A stretch of 63,419 bases of DNA, filler included. It is 4 parts of 4 records of this genome, joined end to end, with 100 filler letters (N's around TTAATTAATTAA, not from the genome) between each part and the next. Parts side by side here need not be neighbours in the genome. Positions count along the whole stretch, not along the records: positions 38,059 to 56,338 come from SRR20825006_238; positions 56,439 to 63,419 come from SRR20825006_284; 2 more parts are not named here. The stretch is one strand, 5' to 3'. The position numbers and the translations under genes are program-made. The notes below the pieces were generated by a model. It worked only from the letters and a program-made list of their open reading frames with translations. It made no database searches and had not been told where the DNA came from. This document shows, piece after piece, positions 47,749-57,301 of this stretch (positions are counted from its first letter, which is position 1; every line of letters starts with the position of its first letter).

Positions 47749-48715
47749 GGGCAGGCTCCTTTCGGGAAAGCGACAGGTAGGGGGTTTGGGCGTGATCCCA
47801 GAATAACGCCGTCTCGCCGCCCCGTTGCAGAGTGACTTGTGCGCCGTCCGTGACCGCGCCGATCGGGTCGGCCCAGATGCCGCGCTCGTGGAAGGTGCTA
47901 CAGACCTCCGCGGCCTGCTCCGGCGCGACCGAGAGCAAAAAGCCAAAACTGGGAAAGCTGTGCAGCCAGCGTTGCAGCGGCACATCGGTGGGCGGCACGA
48001 TCCGATCCAGATCCAGCACCATGCCCACCGAGGAGCTTTCGGCCAGCATCAGCGCCGTGCCGGCAATACCGCCCTGGCTGATGTCCTTACCAGCTCTCAA
48101 TTGGCCCCTTTCGGCCAGCTCGGGCAAAATCGCGAGATCGCCACGCAGCCGGTCATGCGGCGCATCGAGCGCGGCGCAGAAATTGTCGAAATTCACATAG
48201 CGCCCCCGATGGTCGATCGCCGCCAAAAGCACATCGCCGGGGCGCCCGTCGAAGCTGGTCACCGGCTTTTGCGCCTTGCCCAGAACGGACACGGCGAGGT
48301 TCAGCTCGGCAGCAGAAAAATTGGTGTGGCCACCCACCAGCGGCACGCCGTACGCCTCGGCGGCATCGCGCAGCCCTTTCATCAGGGGCGCAGCAATACC
48401 TGCATCGGGTGCCCAGACCTGATCAATCAGCGCCGTTGCCCGCCCGCCCATGGCGGCGATGTCCGACAGGTTGACCATCACCCCGCACCAGCCCGCGAAC
48501 CACGGATCGGCCTGAACGAATGCGGGAATAAACCCCTCGCCCGCCAGAAGGTCATAGCCCTCTGCCGTCTTGATCATCGCAGCGTCGTCACCGGGTGTGC
48601 CAGCCGTATCGCCGGTCAGCCCCAGCATGCCCGTCGCCTGCGCGATGCCCAGTTTCGAGCGGATCGCGGGATGCGCGCGCAGGGCGTCCGCCAGATATGC
48701 CAGCGTCTCACTCAT
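47741..48715 (-). CDS. nitF: sll0787-family AIR synthase/SelD-like protein (NitF-like)
   Basis: 'GDDAA', 'PWFAGWCGVMVNLSDIAAMGG', 'VGGHTN', 'KDISQGG', 'SFPSFGFLL'. Confidence 0.88.
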   Translation of the reverse strand: MSETLAYLADALRAHPAIRSKLGIAQATGMLGLTGDTAGTPGDDAAMIKTAEGYDLLAGEGFIPAFVQADPWFAGWCGVMVNLSDIAAMGGRATALIDQVWAPDAGIAAPLMKGLRDAAEAYGVPLVGGHTNFSAAELNLAVSVLGKAQKPVTSFDGRPGDVLLAAIDHRGRYVNFDNFCAALDAPHDRLRGDLAILPELAERGQLRAGKDISQGGIAGTALMLAESSSVGMVLDLDRIVPPTDVPLQRWLHSFPSFGFLLSVAPEQAAEVCSTFHERGIWADPIGAVTDGAQVTLQRGGETALFWDHAQTPYLSLSRKEPAHA

Positions 48716-49254
48716 ATGCGTCGCCCTGGTTTCAGGAACCAGCCCGAGGTCGGATTTTCACAGGGCGGGTAGAAGGACAAGTCGGCGGACATCTTGGCGT
48801 GGGGCACCCCATGCAGTGTAACCTCCTCCAAAACCGCCCATTTCAACCGGCGAAACAGTGGCACGTTCTGCTTTTGCACATGCGCAAGAAAGGTATCGCA
48901 GCCGCGTGCATTCGCGGTGCAGACCGCCAGCCGGATCAGTTCGGAGCCAAGCCGTCCGACCTGCCGAAAGTCGCTGTCCACCGCCAGTCGCGAGCCCCAC
49001 CACAGGCGTGGGCTTTCCTCGTGGATGCGCACGGTGCCGACCACTTGATCGGCCTCGTGCGCATAGGTCGAAAGCGCAACAAGATGGGTGGCAACAAGGT
49101 CAATCTCGTCGCGGTCATGGGTCGCGAAAATGCCCTGTTCCTCGACAAAGACGCGGCGACGCAATGCCTCGGCCCCGCGTGCCTCGAACGGTTTGGAGGC
49201 GGCGCGGATATAATAGCCGGGGCATTGGAACTGGCGGTGCTCAAGCTCGATCAT
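48712..49254 (-). CDS. nitE: MSMEG_0567/sll0786-family GNAT acetyltransferase (NitE-like)
   Basis: 'LRRRVFVEEQGIF', 'VVGTVRIHE', 'WWGSRLAV', 'FLAHVQ.QN'. Confidence 0.88.
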   Translation of the reverse strand: MIELEHRQFQCPGYYIRAASKPFEARGAEALRRRVFVEEQGIFATHDRDEIDLVATHLVALSTYAHEADQVVGTVRIHEESPRLWWGSRLAVDSDFRQVGRLGSELIRLAVCTANARGCDTFLAHVQKQNVPLFRRLKWAVLEEVTLHGVPHAKMSADLSFYPPCENPTSGWFLKPGRRI

Positions 49255-50384
49255 GCCGACACCTTCAGTTTTTCATAGGTCGAAAGAGCCGAACAGGCAC
49301 CGCATTTGCCGCATCCCGCCTTGATATCCTCGGACCGGATACCGGCACGCACGATCATCTCGCCCAAGGGGCGCAGGATCGAGGCCATGAATTCGGGCTT
49401 GGGTGCGGGGTGGCTTTCCAGCGGCGTGCCCGAGATCGGGACAAAGGGGACGACGAAGGGATAAACGCCCATGTCACACAGCTTTTGCCCCATCTCGAGG
49501 ATCGCCTCGCGCGTGTCCCCAAGCCCGGCGAGAATGTAGGTAGAGACCTGAGCCCGGCCAAAGACCTTCACCGCCGCCTCGAAACTGGACATGTATTTTT
49601 CCAGCGGCACGGTCGCCTTGCCCGGCATGATACGTTCGCGCACCTCTTGCGTGACGGCTTCCAGATGCATGCCGAGTGCGTCAATCCCCGCATCTTTCAT
49701 GCGCTGGTGCCAGATGTCGTCATCGGGCGGTTCGCACTGACCTTGCAACGGCAGATCGACAGCGGCTTTGATTGCCCGCGCGCTCTCGACCATGACCGCC
49801 GCGCCGCGATCACGGCCCTTGGGTGTGCCGGTGGTCAGCACCATATGCTTGACCCCATCCAGTTCGACCGCCGCCTTGGCGACCTCGGCCAGCTGTGCCG
49901 GCGTCTTATGCGCGATGGTGCGGCCTGCGGCGAGGCTCTGGCCAATGGCGCAGAACTGACAGGTCTTCTTGCGGCTCTCATAGCGGATACAGGTTTGCAG
50001 CACGGTCGTGGCCAGAACGTCGCGCGAATGCAGCGTCGCAATCTGGCTATAGGGCACGCCGTCGGCAGTGGTCAGATCGTAGAACTTGGGTTTGGTCGGA
50101 AACCGTACCTTGGCGATTTCGGCCCCGTCCCGGGTCACGCGGGACTGGCCCTTGGCGTCCGGTGGCTCGACCAAGAAGGGCGATTCAAAGGCGGGCGCCG
50201 TGTGGACCGGCACCATCACCGTCGTCTCGCCAATAGTGATGGCCTTGTGATCAGACGGCCCTGCCCCGCCGCGCCGGGCCTCGTGACCGACGCGCGGATC
50301 GACCAGCCGCATGCCGTGAGATTGAAGATCGTTGATCAGATCAGCATCAGACAGGTTGGATTCAGGCAGGTCAGATTCAAACAT
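49251..50384 (-). CDS. nitD: MSMEG_0568-family radical SAM protein (NitD-like)
   Basis: '[10 protein letters not shown]'; Cx9Cx2C ([14 protein letters not shown]); C-terminal '[10 protein letters not shown]'; ATG 50384. Confidence 0.92.
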   Translation of the reverse strand: MFESDLPESNLSDADLINDLQSHGMRLVDPRVGHEARRGGAGPSDHKAITIGETTVMVPVHTAPAFESPFLVEPPDAKGQSRVTRDGAEIAKVRFPTKPKFYDLTTADGVPYSQIATLHSRDVLATTVLQTCIRYESRKKTCQFCAIGQSLAAGRTIAHKTPAQLAEVAKAAVELDGVKHMVLTTGTPKGRDRGAAVMVESARAIKAAVDLPLQGQCEPPDDDIWHQRMKDAGIDALGMHLEAVTQEVRERIMPGKATVPLEKYMSSFEAAVKVFGRAQVSTYILAGLGDTREAILEMGQKLCDMGVYPFVVPFVPISGTPLESHPAPKPEFMASILRPLGEMIVRAGIRSEDIKAGCGKCGACSALSTYEKLKVSA

Positions 50385-51372
50385 GGCGCGTCTCCTTTTC
50401 GTCAAGATCTGAGTACATCGGCGGCTGCAGAACGGGCGCAGCCTCGAAAGCGACGCGTGTCTCAGCTGGGCGAGTGTCATGCACCAGGTGCAGCAATTCG
50501 GGGCGGGCATAGTGCCCGACGCTGTCCATCATTCGCTTGCGCTTGGTGATCAACTTCATGTCCAGATCCGCGATCAGAATGCCCTCGCCCTCAGTCAGCG
50601 GCTCGGCCAGATGGCGGCCTTCGGGAGAAATGATGCAGGTCATACAGCCGTCACGCATGGCCTTTTGCAGCTTGGGATCGGGATGCAGTGATTGGATCTG
50701 CTCTTCGGTCAGCCAGCCTGTCGCGTTGACCACGAAACAGCCCGCCTCCAGAGCGTGGTGGCGCATGGTGACCTCGATCTGTTCGCCAAAGATCGGCCCG
50801 ACGAGGCTACCCGGGAAATGCGCCGCGTGGATTTCTTCGTGCTGGGTCATCAGCGCATAGCGGGCAAGCGGATTGTAATGTTCCCAACAGGCCAGCGCGC
50901 CAACGCGGCCCACTTTGGTCTCGACCACCTTTAGCCCGGCACCGTCGCCCTGCCCCCACACCATGCGCTCATGGTAGGTGGGCGTAATCTTGCGCCGCTT
51001 CAGCGCAAGGCTGCCATCGGCGTCGAAAATCAGCTGTGTGTTATAAAGCGAGCCGTGGTCGCGCTCGTTCACGCCCAGAACCACGACAACACCGCGTTTG
51101 CGCGCCGCATCCGCCACGGCCTGCGTTTCCGGCGAGGGGACGACAACTGATTCTTGATACAGCTCCAGATGCGCGGTGCCTTGCTGCACCGGCGGCTGCA
51201 CAAAGGAAAAATACGGATAATAGGGCACGAAGGTCTCGGGGAAGACAATGAACTCCGCACCCTTGTCGGCGGCATCCGCGATGGCGTTCAGCACGCGTTC
51301 AATCGTGCCCGCGCGTCCCGCCAGATCGGGGGCAATCTGCACCGCTGCGGCGCGAATGATATCGGTTCTCAT
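50377..51372 (-). CDS. nitC: Nit6803/NitC-type nitrilase
   Basis: Triad E (FPETF), K ([11 protein letters not shown]), C (LACWEHYNP); 'DSVGHYARP'; ATG 51372. Confidence 0.93.
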   Translation of the reverse strand: MRTDIIRAAAVQIAPDLAGRAGTIERVLNAIADAADKGAEFIVFPETFVPYYPYFSFVQPPVQQGTAHLELYQESVVVPSPETQAVADAARKRGVVVVLGVNERDHGSLYNTQLIFDADGSLALKRRKITPTYHERMVWGQGDGAGLKVVETKVGRVGALACWEHYNPLARYALMTQHEEIHAAHFPGSLVGPIFGEQIEVTMRHHALEAGCFVVNATGWLTEEQIQSLHPDPKLQKAMRDGCMTCIISPEGRHLAEPLTEGEGILIADLDMKLITKRKRMMDSVGHYARPELLHLVHDTRPAETRVAFEAAPVLQPPMYSDLDEKETRHV

Positions 51373-51446
51373 GATCTCTTTCCCGTTTTGATAAGACGAA
51401 CGTACGCAGGGAACCGGGCCGGCGTTGCGGCCCGACTCCAACCGGC

Positions 51447-51929
51447 TCAAACCGTCCAGGTGTCGAGGATGAAGGCATCGTCCTTGCGGTGCAGCAGGAT
51501 GCAATCGAGTACGTCTTGCGGCGCAATCGGGACGATGCCCGGCAGCAGCGAGGGTTCGCCGTGGCCATAAAGCGCCTGAAGACCGAAACGGCAGCAATAG
51601 ACCTTGCCGCCCTCGGCCATGAACTTCTTGAGATTGACGGCAAAATTCTGATGACCGGGGAAGGCTTCGTCGCCCAGAGTCGGGAAACCGCGTTGGATCC
51701 CCAGGGTCACGCCGGGGCCATAGAGCAGGATTGAGGTCTCGAATCCTTTGCGTTGCAGACGAATTGCCTGCAGAATGTTGACCAGACCGATGGACCCTTC
51801 AAAGGCAACTGTATGGAAGGTCACAAGGGCCTTTTCGCCTTCGTCGGCTTTAACATCTTCAAAGACCTTTTCTTCGTAATCCACGAAGAAATCACCATCT
51901 TTATGCGCTTCTTTTGTAACTTTTGGCAT
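51447..51929 (-). CDS. nitB: MSMEG_0572/sll0783-family DsrE-like protein (NitB-like)
   Basis: '[30 protein letters not shown]', '[13 protein letters not shown]', 'ILDTWTV'. Confidence 0.9.
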   Translation of the reverse strand: MPKVTKEAHKDGDFFVDYEEKVFEDVKADEGEKALVTFHTVAFEGSIGLVNILQAIRLQRKGFETSILLYGPGVTLGIQRGFPTLGDEAFPGHQNFAVNLKKFMAEGGKVYCCRFGLQALYGHGEPSLLPGIVPIAPQDVLDCILLHRKDDAFILDTWTV

Positions 51930-52016
51930 CCTGAGTCTCCTGTTCATTGGATGTCCCCACCCTGTTACCAGTGCTCCACACCACGCAATACTGCAATCAT
52001 TTAGGAATCAATTATG

Positions 52017-52150
52017 CATACAATAATACATTCTCTTGCCGAATCTTTGAGCGGCTGCGCGGCATCTTGACGCTTTCTGCGGCGCAACTGTGATCCCCCG
52101 AACTCACAGACGAGCCACCTCGTGCGGTCGCAGGATGCCATCCATACAAT
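52017..52150. promoter_or_regulatory. Candidate MocR-binding motifs in the nitB-mocR divergent region
   Basis: CATACAAT at 52017 and 52143, variant AATACATT at 52025; same motif at 54044. Confidence 0.5.
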
Positions 52151-52204
52151 CCGCTTCAATTTTCGCGAATCATTCGCTATCAACGGATGACAACGGAGAA
52201 CGAC

Positions 52205-53575
52205 ATGATCGACTGGACCCCCCAGACCAAAGCCAACGGCAAACCGCGCTACATCGCCATTGCGGACGCCATTGAGCAAGACATCAAGGAGGGCGTCCTG
52301 ACGCCCGGCACCCGCCTGCCGCCGCAACGGCGACTGGCCGAGCGCATGGGCATCGACTTCACCACCGTCTCGCGCGGCTACACCGAGGCCCAATCCCGCG
52401 GCCTCATCAAAAGTCAGGTTGGACGCGGCACCTTTATCGCGGAACCCGCCGAGACCACCGCCGGGCCCGACCCGCTGCGGCTTGCCGAAGAAGACCTGTC
52501 GATGAACCTGCCGCCAGAGCCGACAGACCCGGCCCTGATCGCCAATATGCGCAGCGGACTGGACTATGTCTCCGCCAACCTTCTGCAGCTGCTGCGCTAT
52601 CAATCCTCGACCGGCTCAGACAAGGACAAGGCCGCCGCCTCGACCTGGCTCAGCCTGCGCGGCATGATCCCCACCAGCGCGCGACTTGTCATTTCACCGG
52701 GCGCGCACAGCACGATCTGCGCCATTCTGACGATCCTGACCCAGCCCGGCGACACCGTCCTGTGCGAACAGATCACCTATCCCGGCTTTCGCAACATTGC
52801 CTCGCGGCGCGGACTAAACCTTATCGGCCTCGAAATGGACGAGGACGGCATCCTGCCCGACGCGCTGAACACCGCCATTCTGCGTCATGGCCCCAAGGCG
52901 CTCTATCTGAACCCGACATTGCAGAACCCGACCACATTGACCATCCCGACAGAGCGACGACTGGCCATTTCGGAAGTGCTGAACAAACACGGGTTACACC
53001 TGATTGAGGACGACGCCTATGGCTTCATCCCTGCCAAGGCGCCCGCGCCGATTGCCGTCTCGGCGCCAGATCTGACCTGGCATATTGGCGGGCTGGCGAA
53101 ATGCATCGGCGCCGGATTGCGACTGGCCTACACGGTCGCACCCACGAGCCGACTGGCCTATTCGCTGGGACAGACGCTCAAGGTACAGGCAGTCATGGCC
53201 TCGCCGATCACCACCGCCCTGGCAACGCAATGGATCGAGGATGGCACCGCCGATCAGATCCGGCGCTTCATCCGGTCGGAAACCTCGGCACGACAGGCCA
53301 TCGCGCGCGAGGTGCTTGAGGGATTCGACTTTCAGGGGGCAGAAAATGCCTTCAATGTCTGGCTCACCCTACCCGAGGACGTCGGACGCGCCGATGTCGT
53401 CGCCCGGATGGCCGGACGCCCGATCGGGATCATGCCCTCGGACGCCTTCAGCGTCGGGATCACACCTGGTGATGAGGTGCGCCTGTGCCTTGGCGGATCA
53501 CTGTCTCGCGAGGCGCTGCGCGCGAACCTTTACTTCCTCGTCAATAGCCTTCAGCACAGCGCGTTTCTTGGGTGA
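52205..53575 (+). CDS. MocR/GabR-family regulator (GntR wHTH plus PLP aminotransferase-like domain)
   Basis: 'L.PG.RLPPQRRLA..MGIDFTTVSRGY', 'VGRGTF', 'LQNPT', 'IEDDAY', 'GLAK'; GGAGA RBS before ATG 52205. Confidence 0.93.
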   Translation: MIDWTPQTKANGKPRYIAIADAIEQDIKEGVLTPGTRLPPQRRLAERMGIDFTTVSRGYTEAQSRGLIKSQVGRGTFIAEPAETTAGPDPLRLAEEDLSMNLPPEPTDPALIANMRSGLDYVSANLLQLLRYQSSTGSDKDKAAASTWLSLRGMIPTSARLVISPGAHSTICAILTILTQPGDTVLCEQITYPGFRNIASRRGLNLIGLEMDEDGILPDALNTAILRHGPKALYLNPTLQNPTTLTIPTERRLAISEVLNKHGLHLIEDDAYGFIPAKAPAPIAVSAPDLTWHIGGLAKCIGAGLRLAYTVAPTSRLAYSLGQTLKVQAVMASPITTALATQWIEDGTADQIRRFIRSETSARQAIAREVLEGFDFQGAENAFNVWLTLPEDVGRADVVARMAGRPIGIMPSDAFSVGITPGDEVRLCLGGSLSREALRANLYFLVNSLQHSAFLG

Positions 53576-53978
53576 CGGCGGCGGGGCTTTGCACCCGCCC
53601 GAAACCACGCAGCCCCTTGGCCCACTGAAAGGCCACGAACATCGCCTTTACTGGTGGGAGCAACACAAGACACAAGGCGATTGCGACCACCGACAGCAGG
53701 CAGGCGACGAGCAAGGGATTGTCGCGGAAGGCCTCAAAGGCCACCGGGAGCGAAAAGCCCACGAGATGCCCAACAATCAAAATCACAACATAGGCAGGGC
53801 CGTCATCCGCACGCTGCGGCGTAAAATCGAGACCGCAAACCGCGCATTCGGACCGCACCTTCAGGTAGCCCTTAAACACGGCGCCCTCGCCGCAGCTCGG
53901 GCATTTGCACCGAGATCCACGCTTCAGCGCGGCACGCATATCATGGGATGTTTCCGTTTCGGCGTCAGGATTGGACAT
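53541..53978 (-). CDS. DUF983 family membrane protein
   Basis: 'RG..CKCPSCGEG.VF.GYLKV...CAVCG', 'RADDGPAY'. Confidence 0.85.
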   Translation of the reverse strand: MSNPDAETETSHDMRAALKRGSRCKCPSCGEGAVFKGYLKVRSECAVCGLDFTPQRADDGPAYVVILIVGHLVGFSLPVAFEAFRDNPLLVACLLSVVAIALCLVLLPPVKAMFVAFQWAKGLRGFGRVQSPAAVTQETRCAEGY

Positions 53979-54301
53979 CTTGGCATTTCCTTCTTCAGAC
54001 ATGGGCAAGACATCCGCCACGCACCAGTTTCGCTACATTAAGACATACAATTTTTATATTGTATTGCGAATGTGTCATTTTGTCCATCACTCAGGCGGGC
54101 CTATGCGATAGCGCCGTATGGTCGAAGTAACGGTCCGGCCTTACCACTTGAAACATTCAGGATTTCCCAACATTGACCGCATACAAGTTACCCGCCATAC
54201 TAGCAAATAGGTCAAACGAGTTGGCCATGCACGCCGATTGGCTGCTTCGTCAGTGCAGGCAATGTTGTTTCCACTCATCGCGCAATGCATGGAATATTGA
54301 A

Positions 54302-55276
54302 ATGTCATCTATTCCCAACCGCACACTGCCGCCCCTCAATCCGCTCAAGGCGTTCGAGGCCGCGGCACGGCACAACAGCCTGACCCTTGCGGCAGAAGAG
54401 CTGAATGTCAGCCAAGTCGCCGTCAGCCGACAGGTTCGCGTCCTCGAGGACTATATGGGCGTCACCCTGTTTCGCCGTCTCAACCGTGGCATCGAACTGA
54501 CCCGTGAGGGCAGTCTTTTGTTCAGAGGCGTCGGTCAGGCCTTTCAGGACATTGAGGACGCGACAAAAAACGTGTCCCGCCGGGGCCAGCGCAACATTTT
54601 GGCGATCCAGTCCTATGTCACGTTCTCGCGCGGCTGGCTGATGCCCCGGTTGGGGGATTTTCACAAGGCCCATCCCCGCATCGAGGTGCGCCTGTCCTCG
54701 TCCCCCGAAGCCGCCGATTTCGACACGGACAATCTGGATGCTGCGATCCGCGGCGGCGATGGCAACTGGCCGGGCCTGCATGCCGAAAAATTAGCGGATA
54801 TGGAGCTAATTCCGGTCTGTTCGCCTGCCTTTCTCGCCGAGAACCCGTTGGAGCGGGTCGAGGATCTGGCCAAGGTTAAACTGCTGCATTCCATGGCGCG
54901 ACCAAAGGACTGGACATCATGGCTTGAGGCAGTTGGTGCCAAGTTTCCTCCGAAAAACCGCCTGTTGTTCGAAAACAGTTCTCTGGCCTATGAGGGCGCG
55001 CTCATGGATCTGGGTGTCGCGATTGCAAACCGCCATTTCGTACAGATGCAGCTGCGCGCCGGAACGCTGGTCGCACCCTTCGAACAGGGCTGTCGAACGG
55101 GCGAAAGTTACTACCTGACATGGCCAAAGGACGAAGCACCATCCTCCCCGTTGCTGAAATTTCTCGACTGGATTCGCATCCACTTTGCCCCGGACGAGAG
55201 CGAGACCCCAGAGATGGCGCCGGATCAACCGCTCGAAGTGTCTTCATCCCCGTCGCGTTCGGGATTCTCGATCTGA
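54302..55276 (+). CDS. LysR-family regulator, GcvA-like (paralog 1)
   Basis: 'LPPLNPLKAFEAAAR..S...AAEELNVSQ.AVSRQV'; substrate-binding domain; ATG 54302. Confidence 0.93.
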   Translation: MSSIPNRTLPPLNPLKAFEAAARHNSLTLAAEELNVSQVAVSRQVRVLEDYMGVTLFRRLNRGIELTREGSLLFRGVGQAFQDIEDATKNVSRRGQRNILAIQSYVTFSRGWLMPRLGDFHKAHPRIEVRLSSSPEAADFDTDNLDAAIRGGDGNWPGLHAEKLADMELIPVCSPAFLAENPLERVEDLAKVKLLHSMARPKDWTSWLEAVGAKFPPKNRLLFENSSLAYEGALMDLGVAIANRHFVQMQLRAGTLVAPFEQGCRTGESYYLTWPKDEAPSSPLLKFLDWIRIHFAPDESETPEMAPDQPLEVSSSPSRSGFSI

Positions 55277-56151
55277 ATACGCTCGCGCATCCAGTCGAGG
55301 AACTTGATAAGCGTGCGCGAGGGGGCAGCATTCTTGGGCCATGTCAAGAAATAGCCCTCGCCACTGTAACAGCTCAGATCGCCGAATGGCGCGACGAGAT
55401 TACCGTTCTGTAACTGGCGTTTGACGAAAATCTTGACGGCCAGCGCGACCCCGCTGCTCATGGACGCCGCCTCATATGCCAAGGCCGAGCTTTCGAAGCG
55501 AATGCCCGGCTCGGGGTCGATATCGGCGCCGACCCGCTTGAGCCACGCCGCCCAATCCGTCGGCCGCGCCATGGAATGCAGCAGGCGGACGCGGGCCAGA
55601 TCGTTCGGATGGAACAATTCATGCTGTTCCTGGTACTCAGGTGTGCAGATCGGAATCAATTCGACATTGACCAGCTTTTCAGAATGCAACTCTGGCCAGT
55701 CGCCCTTGCCGGCCCGAATGGCTGCATCAAGGTTCTGACTTTCGAAATCGACCGGCGCGGTTGAGGAACTCAGGCGCACCTCTATCCGGGGATGTTTGTC
55801 GTGGAAATCCGTCAAGCGCGGAATCAGCCAGCGTTGGGAAAAGGTCGTGTAGGATTGAATGGCCAGAATATCGCGCCGACCACGCCGGGACACACGCCGG
55901 GATGCGGTGGCAATATCCTGAAACGCATGGGAAATCCCCTCGTAGAGTTGGCGCCCCTCATCGGTCAGCTCCACACCGCGATGCAGTCGGCGGAACAGGT
56001 TCACGCCGAAATAATCTTCCAGCGTCTTGACCTGACGGCTGACCGCGACCTGACTGACATTCAGCTCTTCCGCCGCGAGCGTCAGGCTGCACAGACGCGC
56101 GGCCACCTCAAAGGTGCGCAGCGGATTAAGGGGCGGAATGGGACTTGTCAT
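55225..56151 (-). CDS. LysR-family regulator, GcvA-like (paralog 2)
   Basis: 'PPLNPLRTFEVAAR..SLTLAAEELNVSQVAVSRQV'; 3' ends overlap paralog 1 by 52 nt. Confidence 0.93.
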   Translation of the reverse strand: MTSPIPPLNPLRTFEVAARLCSLTLAAEELNVSQVAVSRQVKTLEDYFGVNLFRRLHRGVELTDEGRQLYEGISHAFQDIATASRRVSRRGRRDILAIQSYTTFSQRWLIPRLTDFHDKHPRIEVRLSSSTAPVDFESQNLDAAIRAGKGDWPELHSEKLVNVELIPICTPEYQEQHELFHPNDLARVRLLHSMARPTDWAAWLKRVGADIDPEPGIRFESSALAYEAASMSSGVALAVKIFVKRQLQNGNLVAPFGDLSCYSGEGYFLTWPKNAAPSRTLIKFLDWMRERIQIENPERDGDEDTSSG

Positions 56152-56338
56152 CTGTCTTGTCTCGTCGTTTGGAAGGCCGCGTCACAGGTCCAGATTGGAG
56201 GGGCTGCACAACGGGGTCACCCAAAAACTACGCTCCGATCATTTCAGCTGTTATTCAAACAACTTGCCTATTACTTATACAAGAATGACATCAGAAATCT
56301 AGCACCGTTCCAACGCGATCGCGATGCCTTGGCCGACG

Positions 56339-56438
56339 NNNNNNNNNNNNNNNNNNNNNNNNNNNNNNNNNNNNNNNNNNNNTTAATTAATTAANNNNNN
56401 NNNNNNNNNNNNNNNNNNNNNNNNNNNNNNNNNNNNNN
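56339..56438. other. Artificial contig spacer
   Basis: N-run with TTAATTAATTAA. Confidence 0.98.
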
Positions 56439-57239
56439 CACCGTCTCGGTGATGATGGCAAAGGCGATCAGCCCGCCCAGTTGCAGGCCGAAAATGGTCA
56501 TCACGGGGATCAGCGTGTTCTTCAACGCATATTTGAAATGCAGCATCCGGTTGGGGACGCCGCGCGCGCGGGCGAACTTGATATAGTCGGCACGCAGCAC
56601 CTCCAGCATCTCGGCACGCACCAGCCGCATGATCAGGGTCATCTGGAACAACGCCAGCATGATCGACGGCAGGATCAGCGCCTTGAGCCCCGAGAGCGTC
56701 AGAAAGCCGGTGGTCCAACCGCCAAGATCCACAACCCCGCCGCGTCCGAAACTGGGCAGCCATCCCAAGGTGACCGAAAACAGCAGGATCAGCAGGATGC
56801 CGGTGACAAATGTGGGCACAGAAATTCCCAGAAGCGACACAACCTGCAACCCCTGACTGATCCAGCCGCGCGGGTTCAGCGCGGTGTAAATGCCCAAGGG
56901 AATGCCCAAGGCCAGTGCAAGGCTCGCTGCGACCAGCACAAGTTCGGCTGTTGCGGGAAACCGTTCGGCCAGCAGGTCAGAGACAGGGCGGTTGTTGCGG
57001 TAGCTTTGGCCAAAGTCACCTTGGGCCGCGTTCGCGATGAACCGTCCGTATTGCACCACGAAGGGGTCGTTCAGCCCCATCTTTTCACGCAGGTCCGCGC
57101 GTTCTTCGACCGTTGCATCTTCGGGCAACAGGTTCGAGATCGGGTCGCCCAGAAAGCGGAACATCAAAAAGGCAATTGAAGCAACAACCAGCATCACAAG
57201 GGCGGCTTGGACGATGCGTCTGAGAAGAAAGGCGAACAT
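56439..57239 (-). CDS. Dipeptide/oligopeptide ABC permease (DppB/OppB-like), 3'-truncated
   Basis: 'GLNDP..VQY', 'GDFGQS', 'DYIKFARARG'; GGAGG RBS before ATG 57239. Confidence 0.92.
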
Positions 57240-57301
57240 GGCGGCCTCCGGCAGGAATGGGGGAAGGTGGCGGGGGCACGCATGCACCCGCCACGAAGGG
57301 A

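Noticed and set aside
48858-50549. 563-aa plus-strand ORF
   Set aside because: Antisense shadow of the nitD/nitE genes
46169-51597. Long N-terminal extensions in the ORF track (starts 47734, 47985, 50510, 51597)
   Set aside because: They overlap upstream genes; family-typical starts with RBS or stop/start coupling are at 47449, 47748, 50384 and 51372
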